Positions 25,743 to 41,445 are shown, counted from the first letter of the stretch. The stretch is 64,000 nucleotides of DNA from Octopus vulgaris (GCA_951406725.2 OX597816.1:162688001-162752000); one strand, 5' to 3'. Translations and numbers: made by a program. Notes: generated by a model from the letters alone, not told the origin.

Positions 25743-26424
25743 CACACGAGTAAGCACATAAATGCAGAACAAGGCGAGAAAAAATTAGTACTCGAAGATG
25801 CATTTTTTAAAATTAAAGCTGCAAGCATAGCTTCTACCTTGCCTGTTTATCACACGTGACTATAGGCCTTTTTTCTCGTCTCTGTCTTTTCTGGTTGTGA
25901 CGTCTAACTAACTGGACGTCATTCCCCTCTTCTCTCTTGACATTTTTTCTCTTCTACTATTTTCTTTTCTTCTCTCGTATTCTATATCCTTTCAAAATTT
26001 CTGCTATGCGTTACCCATTACAATTTGTCTTGGCCTAATAACCCTTAATGTTTGTCTTCGCCGATTGTTTACTCTGTACGTCCACTCTGTTATTGTTTTT
26101 ATATTTTTTTAGATTTCTGGATGCTGCTGTCTTATGATTTCCTATCTTGTCGTTGAAAGAACGAAATAAAGAGTAATAAACAGTCGACAACTGATGAGTA
26201 AGTTATCTTCTTTTTGGTATTTTATCCTTTACCTATCTCTCGTGTGTTTACGTAATTTTTCAATCGTTAGTGAAGTCCTGTACTTTTTATGTGTTTTGGT
26301 ATTTTGTCCAGCACTTCTCTCGTGTGTTTGCGTATTTTTCACTCGTTGGTGATACCCTGGACTTAATGTGTATTTTTTTATTCATTTATACTTGAGCGAC
26401 ACGCAGCCTTGTCCACAGTAAGTT

Positions 26425-26476
<52 letters not shown>

Positions 26477-26819
26477 AGCAGTATCAGCGCCAAGCAAGCG
26501 AACTTCAGATAATTTAAAATATTTTTGTGACATATTTCAACTTCTAAATACAAATATATGTGTTTGTGTGTGTGCATGTGTGTGTGCATGTGTGTGTACG
26601 TGTGTGTATTTGAATGTGTGCGCGTATGCGCGCGCTCGCATGCTTCTGTACCTTGCCCTACCACCGATGACAATCGGTGCTAAGACCGATAGAGTAAGTT
26701 CCAGTAGTGGGGTCGATTCATTCGACCAAGAATCATTTTTACGGTGGTGCCCCGGCATGGCCGCAGCCCAGTGCATGAAACAAGTAAATGATAAAAGAAA
26801 TATAATAGAAACATAAATA

Positions 26820-27430
26820 AGGTGTAATCATTCATCTTTTCTCATCCTTTGTGCGTCCGCACCTCGAATGCTGCTGCTCCTTGTGGTCTCCAATACAATA
26901 CAAAACATTTCAAAAATTGAATCACCCCAGGGGTCATTCACTTAAAGAATGAAGAGCATAACTAATCTCGATTATTGGGACCGCCTTAAAGCACTGACAT
27001 TCTATTCTCTCCAGCGTCGCCATGAGCGATACATCTTTTGCATAATGTGGAGAATATACCACCAGCATTGCCCAAATGGCGTCAACATTAGCTTCAAAAT
27101 TCATCCAAGGCTAGGATCACGGGCCATATGTCCTCTACACAATTCAAGATCACAACACATAAATACACTGTAACAATCTGTTTTCCTCAACAGGCCCTGC
27201 TCTATTTAACATTGTCCCGAAACAGATCACCTTTAAACGGAATCTGCGCAAGTTTCTTCAAGGAGTACCAGATAAGCCACCTATAGCTGGATACAACTCA
27301 CTCAACAGGAACTGCCTACTCGAATGGACGATGATACCACAAAACTTGACTTTAAAAGGATTTAGCTATTAAGTTAAACATGGCCTGAACCAAGCTTTAG
27401 TCGAAACATATCTAAGTTATCTAAGATATA
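26820..27430 (+). mobile_element. CR1/L2-group LINE family 2, 3' fragment
   Basis: VRPHLECCCSLWSP..DYWDRLKALTFYSLQRRHERY; ends in (TATCTAAGT)n. Confidence 0.9.
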
Positions 27431-27533
27431 TGTAAATGAGTGTGTGTGTGTGTGTGTGTGTGTGTTAAATAAAATGAGAAAACAAAGCTGAGGCTGTGTG
27501 GAATTTTTCAGGATCTTTATCAAGAGGAAGTTA

Positions 27534-27581
27534 GTTTTACAGCTGTTTCTGGGATATTAGGGATATCCCTTCATCTGAGAC
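27534..27581 (-). ncRNA. hammerhead motif with a mutated core, in a PLE remnant
   Basis: gtct-CAGATGA-a-gggata..tatccc-a-GAAA-cagctg-TA-aaac; same family as 58698-58775. Confidence 0.6.
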
Positions 27582-27792
27582 GATGTGAGATGGTTAAATA
27601 GAGGGAAATATTAGAGTTCAATATTAGGAGTTATTTTGGAACGGGAAGCAAATAAGGAGTATACAAGGAATTAGGAGAATGAATGTAGAAATAAAAATAA
27701 AAACGTATACAGATGTTATAGTTGCAGTTCCATTATCCGAGGAAGGTGGTGTGTAGAATGGGTAGAAATGCTTCCTGACCGTGGTATGTAAA

Positions 27793-28057
27793 TCGTAGGA
27801 TCGCGGTTTCGATTCCCAGACCGGGCGTTGTGAGTTTTTATTGAGCGAAAACACCTAAAGCTCCACGAGGCTCCGGCAGGGGGTGGTGGTGATCCCTGCT
27901 GTACTCTTTCGCCACAACTTTCTCTCACTCTTTCTTCTGTTGGCCTGCTCGCTTAGCCAGCGGGGTGGCGTCATTTGAAGGCTAAAACAATGCGAAGCGC
28001 ATTGTGACCAGCGATGTGTAACGACATCTGATAGCCTGGTCGGTCACGGTGATCACG

Positions 28058-28062
<5 letters not shown>
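27793..28062 (+). mobile_element. SINE family C head with tail type 2
   Basis: tail TGTTGGCCTGCTCGCTTAGCCAGCGGGG...GGTCGGTCACGGTGATCACGGTGAT. Confidence 0.9.
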
Positions 28063-28126
<64 letters not shown>

Positions 28127-28167
28127 TTATATGTATGTATGTATGAATGTCTATATATATGCGGTGA

Positions 28168-29075
28168 GTCAATGGGCAACCAAAAACAATCTGCAACTAA
28201 ACGGGGGATAATTTGAGCTAATGCATTTTGGAAGAAGGACTATACTAAAACAGCCATACTCTCTTTCTTCAGGGGAACCGCTCACAGCATCTAATAATAT
28301 CAGAGGCCTTGGAGTAATTGTTGATAACAATCTCAGTTGGAATGCCCACATCAACAATAAGGTCGATATAGATCAAAGGATGAGCTCCTGGATCTGAAGA
28401 ACCTTCCGGTCCAGAGAAAAAGATGTCATCATTCCACTTTTCTCCTACTTTTTACGGCCACACCTCGATTACTGCTGCCCCCTGTGGTCTCCCCAAACAA
28501 AACATCTCGAAAATTGAATCACCCCAGAGGGCATTCACTAACCGAATTAAGGGCATGACTGATCACGATTACTGGCACCGCCTTAAAGTCTTGAAACTCT
28601 ACTCTCTACAGCATCGCCGCGGGCGATATATCATTTGCACGATGTGGAGAATATACCGCCAGCATTGTTCAAACGACCTGAACATTAGCTTCAAGGTTCA
28701 TCCAAGGCTGGGACCACGGGCCATACGTCCCCTGCCCAATTCAGAATCACAATATATAGGTACATTGCGGCACAGTTTCTTATCCTCAACAGGTCATGCC
28801 GTATTTAACATTGTCTCAAAACTGCTCAGAGAAGAAAAGGATCCCATCACCTTTAAACAGAGTCTGGACAAATTTCTTCAAGGAATACCAGATAAGCCAC
28901 CTATACCTGGATACAACTCACTCAACAAGAACTCACTACTTGAATGGATCATGATACCAAAAAACTTGACTTTAAAAGGATTTAAATAATCGTATCAGGT
29001 GGTGCTATTAAGTTAGATATGGCCTGGACCAATCTTCGGTCGAAAACATATCTAAGTTATCTAAATTATCTAAGT
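28168..29075 (+). mobile_element. CR1/L2-group LINE family 2, 5'-truncated RT/C-terminal remnant
   Basis: GLGVIVDNNLSWNAHIN..RTFRSR..RPHLDYC..QRAFTNRIKGM..YWHRLKVLKLYSLQHRR; 3' stem-loop GACC..GGTC and (TATCTAAGT)n. Confidence 0.92.
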
Positions 29076-29423
29076 ATAATACATATAACAGACATCTAAT
29101 ATAATGATATAAATATTAATATTAGCATATATGCATAATATATACTGTATGTAATAGAAAAATAGAGCCCTGGTACTTGAACAAATGTCCCCGATCCGAT
29201 CCATCACCGGTTTCACTCACTAATACGCAAACACTGAAATACGTATTCCGAATGAAAATACTGAACGTTCCATACTCTTCTGTTCTTAACAGAATATAAT
29301 TTACTGTTTATACTGTATATAGCATAGATTATATGTAGGATACTATAGAATGTTATATATAAACAATAGCATACTATATATACATAACTGGACTTCATGC
29401 TCACGTAATTGGTACATGTCGAA

Positions 29424-29631
29424 CCTAAAGCTCCACAAGGCTCCGGCGGGGGTTGGTGGTGATCCCTGCTGTACTCTTTCGCCACAATGTCTCTCACTCT
29501 TTCTTCTGTTGGCCTGCTCGCTCAGCCAGCGGGGTGGCGTCATTTGACGGCTAAAACAATATGACACGCATTGTGACCAGCGATGTGTAGCAACATCCGA
29601 TAGCCTGGTCGGTCACGGTGATCACAGTGAT
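29424..29631 (+). mobile_element. SINE family C, tail type 2, 5' truncated
   Basis: near-identical to 27855-28062. Confidence 0.9.
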
Positions 29632-29641
29632 ATATATATAT

Positions 29642-29700
<59 letters not shown>

Positions 29701-29744
29701 TACATATATATAAACATAAATATATATATATATATGTGTATGTT

Positions 29745-29781
<37 letters not shown>

Positions 29782-30090
29782 CGATTAATATATTTATATA
29801 TGTGTGTGTATCTTAAATAAAATAAGATAACAAGCCCAAGGCAATTTGATATTCCTAAGACGTATATACATATATACATGCATACACATATATACATACA
29901 CACACACACACTCATATATATATGTATACATTCCGCTCGAAACGTTAAACCCTCCTTCTTCCCTTCTTTCCTGAGCGTCCAATAATACTATATTTGTTCC
30001 ACGTCCTCGTGTTGTTGTGTGTTTTTGTGTTTTCTTGTTTGGATTAACTTTATATATACATTTATATTTAAATACATACATATATATATG

Positions 30091-30129
<39 letters not shown>

Positions 30130-30629
30130 GTTTATACTAAAACGATTTTCAACTCATTATTTACCTCGTATTCTTTCTATATACCTGTGATCTGCCTCGA
30201 GTGTCACTATTCAAAAACAGAATTATTTCATGTTCTCCCGAAATTCTTACGACGTCTATTATACGTGTGTGCGCGTGTATATGTCCGTGCCTGTGTGAGG
30301 ATATATAAGTGTGTATATTTGTATATATTCCTATGCATAGAAATATACTCATGTACATAGGCACATGCATACTCTGAACAGTGTAATTAATATTACGTAA
30401 TTAATGTCTAAATTACGTTGTAGTTATGACATAAATGGATTTCGCTTATTTGCATTTTATATACATTCAATTTGCTGTCATATACTGATAGATAGATAGA
30501 TAGATAGATAGATAGACTAAAGCTTTATAGAGTGCTTACCCTTATAATTTGTTCAATAACACATATGCATGTAGATGTAAGAATGTGTAAAAATTTAGGA
30601 GTAGTTTACATACACGGGCAGCTAAACAG

Positions 30630-30814
<185 letters not shown>

Positions 30815-31168
30815 TATCAGTAAACAAACACTTGTTTGCGTGCGCACACACACTCACCACACACCATTTGAATTCAGTTAATGGTCTGTACAGAACTGTA
30901 TTTTTGAAGTAAGCGTATAAAATATGTATGTATCTATCTATGTATGCCTAAATATCTATGCATATATGTGTGTAGATACATTCATACATACATACGTATA
31001 TATACACACACACATATATATATATATATATGTGTCTGTGTGTGCTTGTCTGTGTGTGCTTGTCTTTGCGTGTGTGCGCGTGTACCCGTGCAGGTGTTTA
31101 CCTATGTATTCTTAGATAGGTAAACACCTATGTATCACACATAGATACATCAGGAGATAGATAGATAC

Positions 31169-31234
<66 letters not shown>

Positions 31235-31382
31235 ATAGATAGTAAGGTAGGTAGATGGATGGATGGTTGGATGGATAGATAAATATATAGATTTAGTGAT
31301 TGATAGATAGATAGATTGATAGATAGATAGATTGATAGATAGATAGATCAATTTATATATATATGTATATATATATATATAG

Positions 31383-31419
<37 letters not shown>

Positions 31420-32413
31420 TATCTGTGCGTATAGAAACATGTATACATGTGTATATATATATATGTACATATATACATAATATACACACACATGCATACC
31501 CACATCCTCACATACACAAAATGTACAAATAACATCTCGTACACCAAATACACCGAAATATGCACAAGCACACTCGACCACATGCACACAGACATACACA
31601 AACGCACAAGCATACATCCGCAGGCCACACACGCACACACACACGCACATGCACACACACGCTCACAAATAGTACACATAGAACTTGAGATAGTTAAAGT
31701 GTCTATAAAAATGAGATTATGAAAGCGGTGAGAATTTTCTAATCAATCGCAATGCAAACTGCCAGAACAGAGAGCAGAGTGTGTTAGAGAGAGAGGGGGG
31801 GAGTGGAGGGAGGTTGTTTCGAGGAGGAGGAGGAGGTGGTGATGGTGGCGGTGTGCGGTGGCGGCGGTGGTGGTGAGGTGAGAGGGGTGTGGTGGGAGGA
31901 ATATATAATGAGGTGAAGAAGTGGATGGAGAGGAACAAGAGGAACAGAAGAGCGTCTAAGAGAAAGCAGCAACGTTGGGAAGGAGAAAGAGGAAAAGATT
32001 AGCGCGAAGAAAGAGAAAGGGCGGGGTGGGGTGGGAGGTGGTGAAGTTGGTGTTAGAAGGGGAAGTGAGGGAGGATGAGGAGAAGGAGAAAAGAAGACGA
32101 AGAAAATGAGGATTTTTTAAAGAGAGAGAGAGAGAGAGAGAGAGGGGGAGAAGACGAACAGAAAGGAGGAGAGGAAGAAAACGAAGAAAAAAAGACGAAG
32201 AAAAAGGAGAAAAGATGTTGATGATAATTTAGAGGAAAGAAGAAGAAGACGAAATGCATGGTGACGAGGAGGAAGTTAAATTTCAAGGTAGATGTGAAGG
32301 TTCGTCGGTATGTGGGTAGGAAGGGAGATACGGGTATATATATGTCGGGTGGCTGGTAGGTAGGTAAGTAAATGCTACAGATAGGGTAGACAAGTAGACC
32401 TAGATACATCGAG

Positions 32414-32482
<69 letters not shown>

Positions 32483-32515
32483 TGTAGATAGATAGATAAA
32501 TAGATACAGATAAAA

Positions 32516-32550
<35 letters not shown>

Positions 32551-32627
32551 TGGATAGATAGATACAGATAAAGATGTATATATATATATATAGATAGATA
32601 GATAGATACAGATAGATAAAGATATGA

Positions 32628-32705
<78 letters not shown>

Positions 32706-33020
32706 CCAGAGTAAGAGTGAATGAGAGGAACTGAGGTATATATGCACACACACACACAACTCGTTCACTATATATATATATAAGTAGGATGCCGCTAGAG
32801 AAACCATGTAGTTAGATAGGTAAGTAAGTAGGTAGGTAGGTAGGTTGGTAGGTAGGTAGGTAGGTAGGTAGGTAGGTCAGCTGTGTAATTGGTTTGTAAG
32901 GTGGTTTCGTAGTGTTCCTATTGGTAACAGTGTCAACATACATACAAACATATATATGTCTGTGTGTGTGTGTGTGTGTGTGCATTTCATACATTCATAC
33001 ATACATATTTAATGCCTATT

Positions 33021-33092
<72 letters not shown>

Positions 33093-33129
33093 AAAGTGTG
33101 AGAGGGGGAAAGAATGATTTATATATTAT

Positions 33130-33177
<48 letters not shown>

Positions 33178-33451
33178 CTGTATGTATATGTGTGTGTATG
33201 TATATGCATGTGTATGTATATGTGTGTGTATGAGTGTGTATGTTTAAATGCATATATATGTATATTTACATATGAGATGTTATGTAGCTATAAGTTTTAA
33301 TGTACATATGTTATAGTTCAGGTATCATGTATATCCGACTGTTGAATTTACCCGTATATACACATACATACATACATACATACATACATACATACATACA
33401 TACATACATACATACATTCATACACACACACACACATATACACACACATAC

Positions 33452-33496
<45 letters not shown>

Positions 33497-33573
33497 TCCA
33501 CCCAGTCAAACAACTCTCTTCTTTCTTTCTCTCCCTCTCGCCCGCTCTTTCCCGTTCTCGATGAATACGTGTT

Positions 33574-33648
<75 letters not shown>

Positions 33649-33817
33649 GTCTGTGTGTTGCAGCAATGCGTGTATGTGATGCATCTGCGTGTGTGCGTGT
33701 GTGCGCGTGCACTCGTCTACACAGACTTTGCCGAGATCTGGATAAGTACACAAATGATAGATAGGCGTAGATGGATAGATATATATGTACACAGGCGTAG
33801 ATGGACAGACAGACTGA

Positions 33818-33822
33818 TAGAC

Positions 33823-33918
<96 letters not shown>

Positions 33919-33919
33919 G

Positions 33920-33993
<74 letters not shown>

Positions 33994-34034
33994 CACAGAT
34001 GGACGGACGGCCAGATGGATGGATGGATAGATAT

Positions 34035-34099
<65 letters not shown>

Positions 34100-34143
34100 C
34101 AGCTAGACAGACACAGATGGACGGACGGCCAGATGGATGGATG

Positions 34144-34209
<66 letters not shown>

Positions 34210-34245
34210 CAGACACAGATGGACGGACGGCCAGATGGATGGATG

Positions 34246-34315
<70 letters not shown>

Positions 34316-34380
34316 CAGACACAGATGGACGGACCGCCAGATGGATGAATGGATAGACAGACAGATAAAAAGATAGATAA
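33818..34380. repeat. compound (GATA)n array with a recurring GACACAGATGGACGGACGGCCAGATGGATGG unit (4 copies)
   Basis: units near 33992, 34110, 34212 and 34318, separated by variable (GATA)n. Confidence 0.9.
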
Positions 34381-34918
34381 AAATCTGAGAGAAAGAGGGA
34401 AGAGGAGAAGACTGAGTGGATGTATGTGTGTGTCTGTGTGCGTGTGTGTGTGTGTGTGTATGTATATACATAATACGGGGGAAAAGGAGAAAGTGTAAGG
34501 AAGAAATAGGGCAAACGGTATATCGACGAACGTGTACATACGCATATATACAGACATAGACACACTGTGAGATAGAAAGATAAAGAGATATTGGGTAAAG
34601 GAAGGAAAGAGAAGGAATCCGAAAGACTAGAACAAGCACAAGAAGTAAAAGTATAATAGTTACAAAGCAAAAGAGAGGGAGCAAAAGGGGGAATATTGCC
34701 GTAATACTTATTAACGCTATGCGCACTACTTTCTAATGCGTAGTTAAAATGTTTAGATGTGCTAGACTAGCGAAAGCGCTTATTTACGATCTGGGATTAA
34801 ACACTGAATATCGTGTGACACGGTTAATTGAACTGTTTAATCTTAGGTGTCTGATCAATAAACGAACCGTTTGAATGAATAGAGTGCAACAAACAGGCAA
34901 AGGCGACGCAACATTCAT

Positions 34919-34932
34919 AGGTCAAGAGGTCA
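34919..34932 (+). promoter_or_regulatory. perfect DR2 nuclear-receptor element AGGTCA-AG-AGGTCA
   Basis: exact match inside a unique island (34700-35030); function not shown. Confidence 0.45.
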
Positions 34933-35065
34933 AATCCTTAGCGGTTATATATGTTGGGACAGTGTTAGCGCTTATATGGGTATAGATACAAGCAAGACAC
35001 TGTTCCTTAAATGGTGATGTTGTTACTTAGATATATATTGTGTGTGTGTGTGTGTGTGAAAGTGT

Positions 35066-35135
<70 letters not shown>

Positions 35136-35251
35136 TGTATCTGTGTAAAAATGAGTGAATGAGAGCCACGTTAATGTGTATAGATACGTGGAAGTTTATG
35201 AATGTGTGTATATCTAAATATATACATGCATGCATATATATATACGTCCAA

Positions 35252-35438
<187 letters not shown>

Positions 35439-35501
35439 TATATTATGTATATGTGTGAGATAGATATAGTATATATATATATATATATATTTTACTGTAT
35501 G

Positions 35502-35545
<44 letters not shown>

Positions 35546-35644
35546 CTGTCGACATCTTTCTTTTTCTGTAAATTTAAACTACATGCATATCTACATATAT
35601 ACATGCATACATCTCAGCACATTCATATGCTTACGAACGCATTC

Positions 35645-35681
<37 letters not shown>

Positions 35682-35698
35682 TTATATATACACGATTC

Positions 35699-35867
35699 TT
35701 AAGATTTTTATTGACAGAGTGTTCGAAGTTTTCTTCAGTAAAAGTATCCAGACGACGCTTCAAACTTAATGTCAATAGAAATCTTAAAAACAATAAAGAT
35801 AATAATTTTGTTCTCGACAAAGTAACCCATCAAGGAGATTAATATGAAATTGTTTTTATTATAACTG
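35699..35867. mobile_element. foldback TTCGAA family, copy 2
   Basis: arms 35699-35728 and 35758-35787; the long right arm resembles the reverse complement of 10462-10545. Confidence 0.6.
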
Positions 35868-35881
35868 CATATAAAAAATGA

Positions 35882-35935
<54 letters not shown>

Positions 35936-36115
35936 ATATAATGTATATATACATACATATATGCATAAATAAATACGTACATAGATAAATGTATAACGTG
36001 TGTATATATATGCTCACTCTCTCTCTCTCTCTCTCTTTATATATATAATTTAATAAATAAAATATATGCATACATACATACATATATGTACGTACCTACA
36101 TCTACATGCATATGA

Positions 36116-36154
<39 letters not shown>

Positions 36155-36339
36155 GACATATATATGAGTACAGGACACCACAAATAGACGTAGAACTCAA
36201 CGAAAAACGAAAGCGTAAAAACAAACATGGAAACGGACTTTTTTTAACAACGAAAAAAACAAGACAAACAATACAAGGAAAATTCCCCTTCATCACCTGT
36301 CCCTAGTTCGACTCCATGCGTGTTTCGAAGGTAAGGACA

Positions 36340-36434
<95 letters not shown>

Positions 36435-36695
36435 CATGTATAATATATATATATATATATATATACATATATACATATATATATATATATACATATATAC
36501 ATATATATATATATATATGTATAGATATGTATACGTATACATATACATATGTATATATAGACACCCATATATATATATATATATATATATATACAAATTG
36601 ATATAGATGTGTATACATATATATAAATATCTATAGATACATACATATATATACATATATATACTTATTGATATATATATATATACATATATATA

Positions 36696-36727
<32 letters not shown>

Positions 36728-36742
36728 CATACATACATACAT

Positions 36743-36821
<79 letters not shown>

Positions 36822-36849
36822 GCACACACTCCCACACACGGAAACACAT

Positions 36850-36907
<58 letters not shown>

Positions 36908-37009
36908 CACATATACATATATATGTATGTATGTATGTAAGTATGTATGTATACACTTATGAGTTGCCACATTTGAAACCGTTTTATGTGTAGATGATAT
37001 AAAAGAAAT

Positions 37010-37047
<38 letters not shown>

Positions 37048-37811
37048 TATACACATGAATTCGTATAAATGTATTTCTGAGTGAATTAACCCGAGAAAAA
37101 AATATATACACACACTTTTTGTTACAAATATTTGTATCATAATACGAGCTGTTATGAATATACAGCTGTGTTTTTATATGCATATGTATATAAATATATG
37201 CGTGCCAATATTTATACACACATAAATATATGCACATTTATGCATACAACCCCACCTCCCACATATATTTATATATATATATATACATATGAATAATATA
37301 CCAATATTTGTGTTTTATATATATATATACGTAAGTATCTTTATATAAATATATATATATATATATATATGTATGTGTATTTATATATATATATATATAT
37401 ATATACACCCGTACACACATATTGACAGATATTAGGAGAACGTGTAAAATCTAGTAGAAATGTAGAGAAAGAAAATATGAGCAGGTGTTTCTATAATCTG
37501 TTATTCATGATAAATGCGTTTTTGTGTGTATTTTTCTGAGTGTGTATGACTGCGTGCCTCAGTGTGTGTAAGTGTGAGTGTTTGTGTTGATTAATGTGGG
37601 CGTGTGGGCTTTGTATGCAGGCGTGTGCATATATGTGTGTGTGTGTGTGTGTGTTTGTGTGTATGTGTGCCTGTGTGTGTGTGTGTGAGAGAGAGAGGGA
37701 GAGAAAGAGAGAAGGAGGTAAGGATGTATCAATGAAGGGGTCTTGATAACTTATATAATGATGTATCGGCGATCGTTACTTTTGTACCGTATGAGTTGAT
37801 ATGTGTGTAGG

Positions 37812-37860
<49 letters not shown>

Positions 37861-37984
37861 GGGGGGTGCATAAGTGCGCGGGTGCATGATGTATGCATGT
37901 ATGTAGAAATGCATATAAGATTGTGTTTGAGTATGTATATAAGTATATTCTTGTGAGTAAATCTATCTACCTATCTATCTCCAT

Positions 37985-38068
<84 letters not shown>

Positions 38069-38185
38069 CGGTGCCCCAGTATGGCCACAACTCTTCAGCC
38101 GAAACTAGATCGAATCAAATTATATCATACATATACATACATAGATACATACACACATACATACATACATACATACATACATACA

Positions 38186-38262
<77 letters not shown>

Positions 38263-38330
38263 TCCTGATGAGAAATCTGCATAATGTACTCCTTATTCCT
38301 TCGGAATTGTATCTTCGAAACATATGTCGA
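38263..38330 (+). ncRNA. hammerhead motif with weak stem I
   Basis: CTGATGA-gaa...ttc-GAAA-catatg-TC; palindromic stem III; the 5' side runs into (TA)n. Confidence 0.55.
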
Positions 38331-38370
38331 AAATAAAGGAAATTTGTTAACAAGTCGTTAAATGTGTATC

Positions 38371-38466
<96 letters not shown>

Positions 38467-38520
38467 TGTGTGTGTATCTCTGTACACACATAAGTATATA
38501 TATATGTATGTATAGACGTT

Positions 38521-38760
38521 CAGTAATGTTTATATTTTGATGTTCTGTTACAATAAAACGTACTTTATATTAATCTTTTCTTGAGTACAAATTATTCTTT
38601 AACTAAAAATAGTATTGAGAGTGACTTCGAAGCTTCGAGCAGCGAAACCATAATCCCACCGTGGTCCATTTGAGTTTCACTTATCTTCGCACCATCATTC
38701 GCACCAACTCACGGAAAGTTTTATTTCAACAGCGATATAGAGATCAACTTCGAAGTTGCT
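38521..38760. mobile_element. foldback TTCGAA family, copy 3
   Basis: cagtaatgttt..acaaattattct..agtgacttcgaag, ~115-nt spacer, then acttcgaagttgct. Confidence 0.55.
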
Positions 38761-38939
38761 AAGTGAAAATGTGTATGTACGTATGTTTGTATGTATGTAT
38801 GTATGTATGTATGTATGTATGTATGTATGTATATATGTATGTATGTATGTATGGTCTTCCACGGTCACGGGTGGACGGCCATCATCATGTGTATATATGA
38901 GTTTGTATGGAGAAATCTACCTATCTATCTACCTATGTG

Positions 38940-39005
<66 letters not shown>

Positions 39006-39345
39006 ATATGTATGTACATATGACTATATACGTTTATGTTTATATGTATATATATATATATTTGTGTGTGTATAAACTTGGATATATATATATGTATAGA
39101 TATGTATAGATATGTATACATATATATATACACATATGTATGTATATATATATACATGTATATATGTATATTTATATATATACATACACATATATATCTA
39201 TATTTGTATATATATATATATATATACACATATATATGTATATAGATATATATATATATTGATATATATATATGTATGTATATATATATATGTATATATA
39301 TAGACATATATATATGTATATAGATATATATATATATATATATTG

Positions 39346-39395
<50 letters not shown>

Positions 39396-39554
39396 GTACA
39401 TATATTTATATGTATATGTGATGAGCATGTGATATATCCGACGTCGCTTTTCATGTGAGTCTAAGTTTATAATGTTTTTATATAAGAAATATATTTTTCG
39501 ACTGTTATGCAGTTGTATACACACATACGTCTGCATATATATATATCTCAACTT

Positions 39555-40814
39555 TGTAATATATCTCGACTTTGCAAAAGCCTTTGATAAAGTCGACCAT
39601 GGTATGATCTGTCACAAACTGCGTGGTCTCGGCATAGGCGGAAAACTTGAGAGTGGCGCACAACTTCCTAAAAGACAGAAAACAGGCAATTGTGAGCAAT
39701 GGAGCCACCTCCAAGGAAACAAATAACAAGCGGTGTCCCACAGGGCACTGTCTTGGGGCCACTGATGTTCATAGTGGCCCTTTCAGACATGCCTTCAGTT
39801 GCTACGATGACCACCCTTGCTAGCTATGCAGATGACACAAAAGTCTCCCGCACAATACAAAACCCTGAAAATATTGCGCATCTGCAACATGAGCTGGACA
39901 CAATATACAGGTGGGCTGAGGACAACAACATGCAGTTTAATGCAGGTAAGTTCCAGGCCCTGCGCTACCGGCACACAAAGGTAAACGACGTGCAGACTGG
40001 ATACACTGGCCCAGGAAGAATTGCAATCCCTGAGTCAAAATCAGTGCGTGACCTGGGCATTGACATGAGCAATGATGCATCTTTCCAAGTGCATATTACT
40101 AATCTGGTGATAAAATGCAGACGGCTAGCTGGATGGATTCTCCGAACTTTCAGAACAAGAGAGAAGGAGACACTGATGGTCCTATGGAAAACATTCGTCC
40201 TCAGCCGCTTGGACTACTGCTCCCAACTATGGTCACCACACAATATAAAACTAACAGCAGAACTCGAAGCAATTCAGAGAAGCTACACAAAGAAAATCGT
40301 CTCAATGCAAAATATCAGCTACTGGGAAAGACTGAAAGTATTAAACCTCTTCTCCCTAGAGCGGAGGCGGGAGAGATATGCGGTGATATACATCTGGAAA
40401 ATCCTGGAGGGTCTTGTCCCAAACTTTGGCATTCAAAGTTACCCCAACCGCAGAACGGGGCCACTGCATGGTGCCAAAGATTCCAACATCACCATCAAAA
40501 TACAGGTCCAGATACTGCAACAGCTTGGGTTTCAGAGGACCACAGCTCTTTAACATCCTCCCTAAATGCCTGAGAGACTTACATGGTGTGGATGTGGATT
40601 TCTTTAAAACTAAACTGGATCTCTTTTGTCGGGAGTCCCAGATGAACCTACCTCACGACAGGAGACGCAGATGCGGGCAGCAGCATCGAACTCCCTTGTT
40701 GATCAAGTGCCACGTATCAGAGGTGGATTCACATATTAGTGTAGCTCATTCAGCGGTGGTGCCCCAGCATGGCCGCGGCCTTCGGGCTAAAACATTTTTA
40801 AGGATTTAAGGATT

Positions 40815-40815
<1 letters not shown>
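39555..40815 (+). mobile_element. CR1/L2-group LINE family 1, 5'-truncated, RT domain and intact 3' end (frameshifted)
   Basis: [57 protein letters not shown]; tail GGTGCCCCAGCATGGCCGC...(AAGGATTT)n. Confidence 0.97.
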
Positions 40816-40845
<30 letters not shown>

Positions 40846-41197
40846 ATGTGTGTGTGTACGTACATACACGCATATATATATGTATATATATATATATACA
40901 TATATATATGTATATATATATATATATGGATGCGTTTTGGTAAACTTAATATATATAAACCTATATATACGTTCGTACATATGGGTTTCTCTGTGTGTGT
41001 GTTGCATTTGTTCGTATATATATGGGTGTATGATAGTGTGTATGTGCGTGTGTATAGAGTATGTGTGTTATCAATCCTGTAACTATATCGATTAACTAGT
41101 TTCACACAGGTATACTATACGTTGCACGATATCATGGTAAGCGAAGTATTGTACACACACCCACATTCCTGTATGTTTTGCGTTCTTGTCCATTTTG

Positions 41198-41277
<80 letters not shown>

Positions 41278-41398
41278 CAGATAGATAGATAGATATTGAT
41301 AGATAAATATCTTTGAGTATATATGACTATACATACATGTTCATATATTCAGATATATGCGTATTAACATATGTCTATATGCTTATATATGCATACTT

Positions 41399-41445
<47 letters not shown>

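Noticed and set aside
39699-40553. 284-aa RT ORF as an active or host gene
   Set aside because: It is a 5'-truncated LINE with frameshifts near 39650-39720 and 40460, and no endonuclease or ORF1
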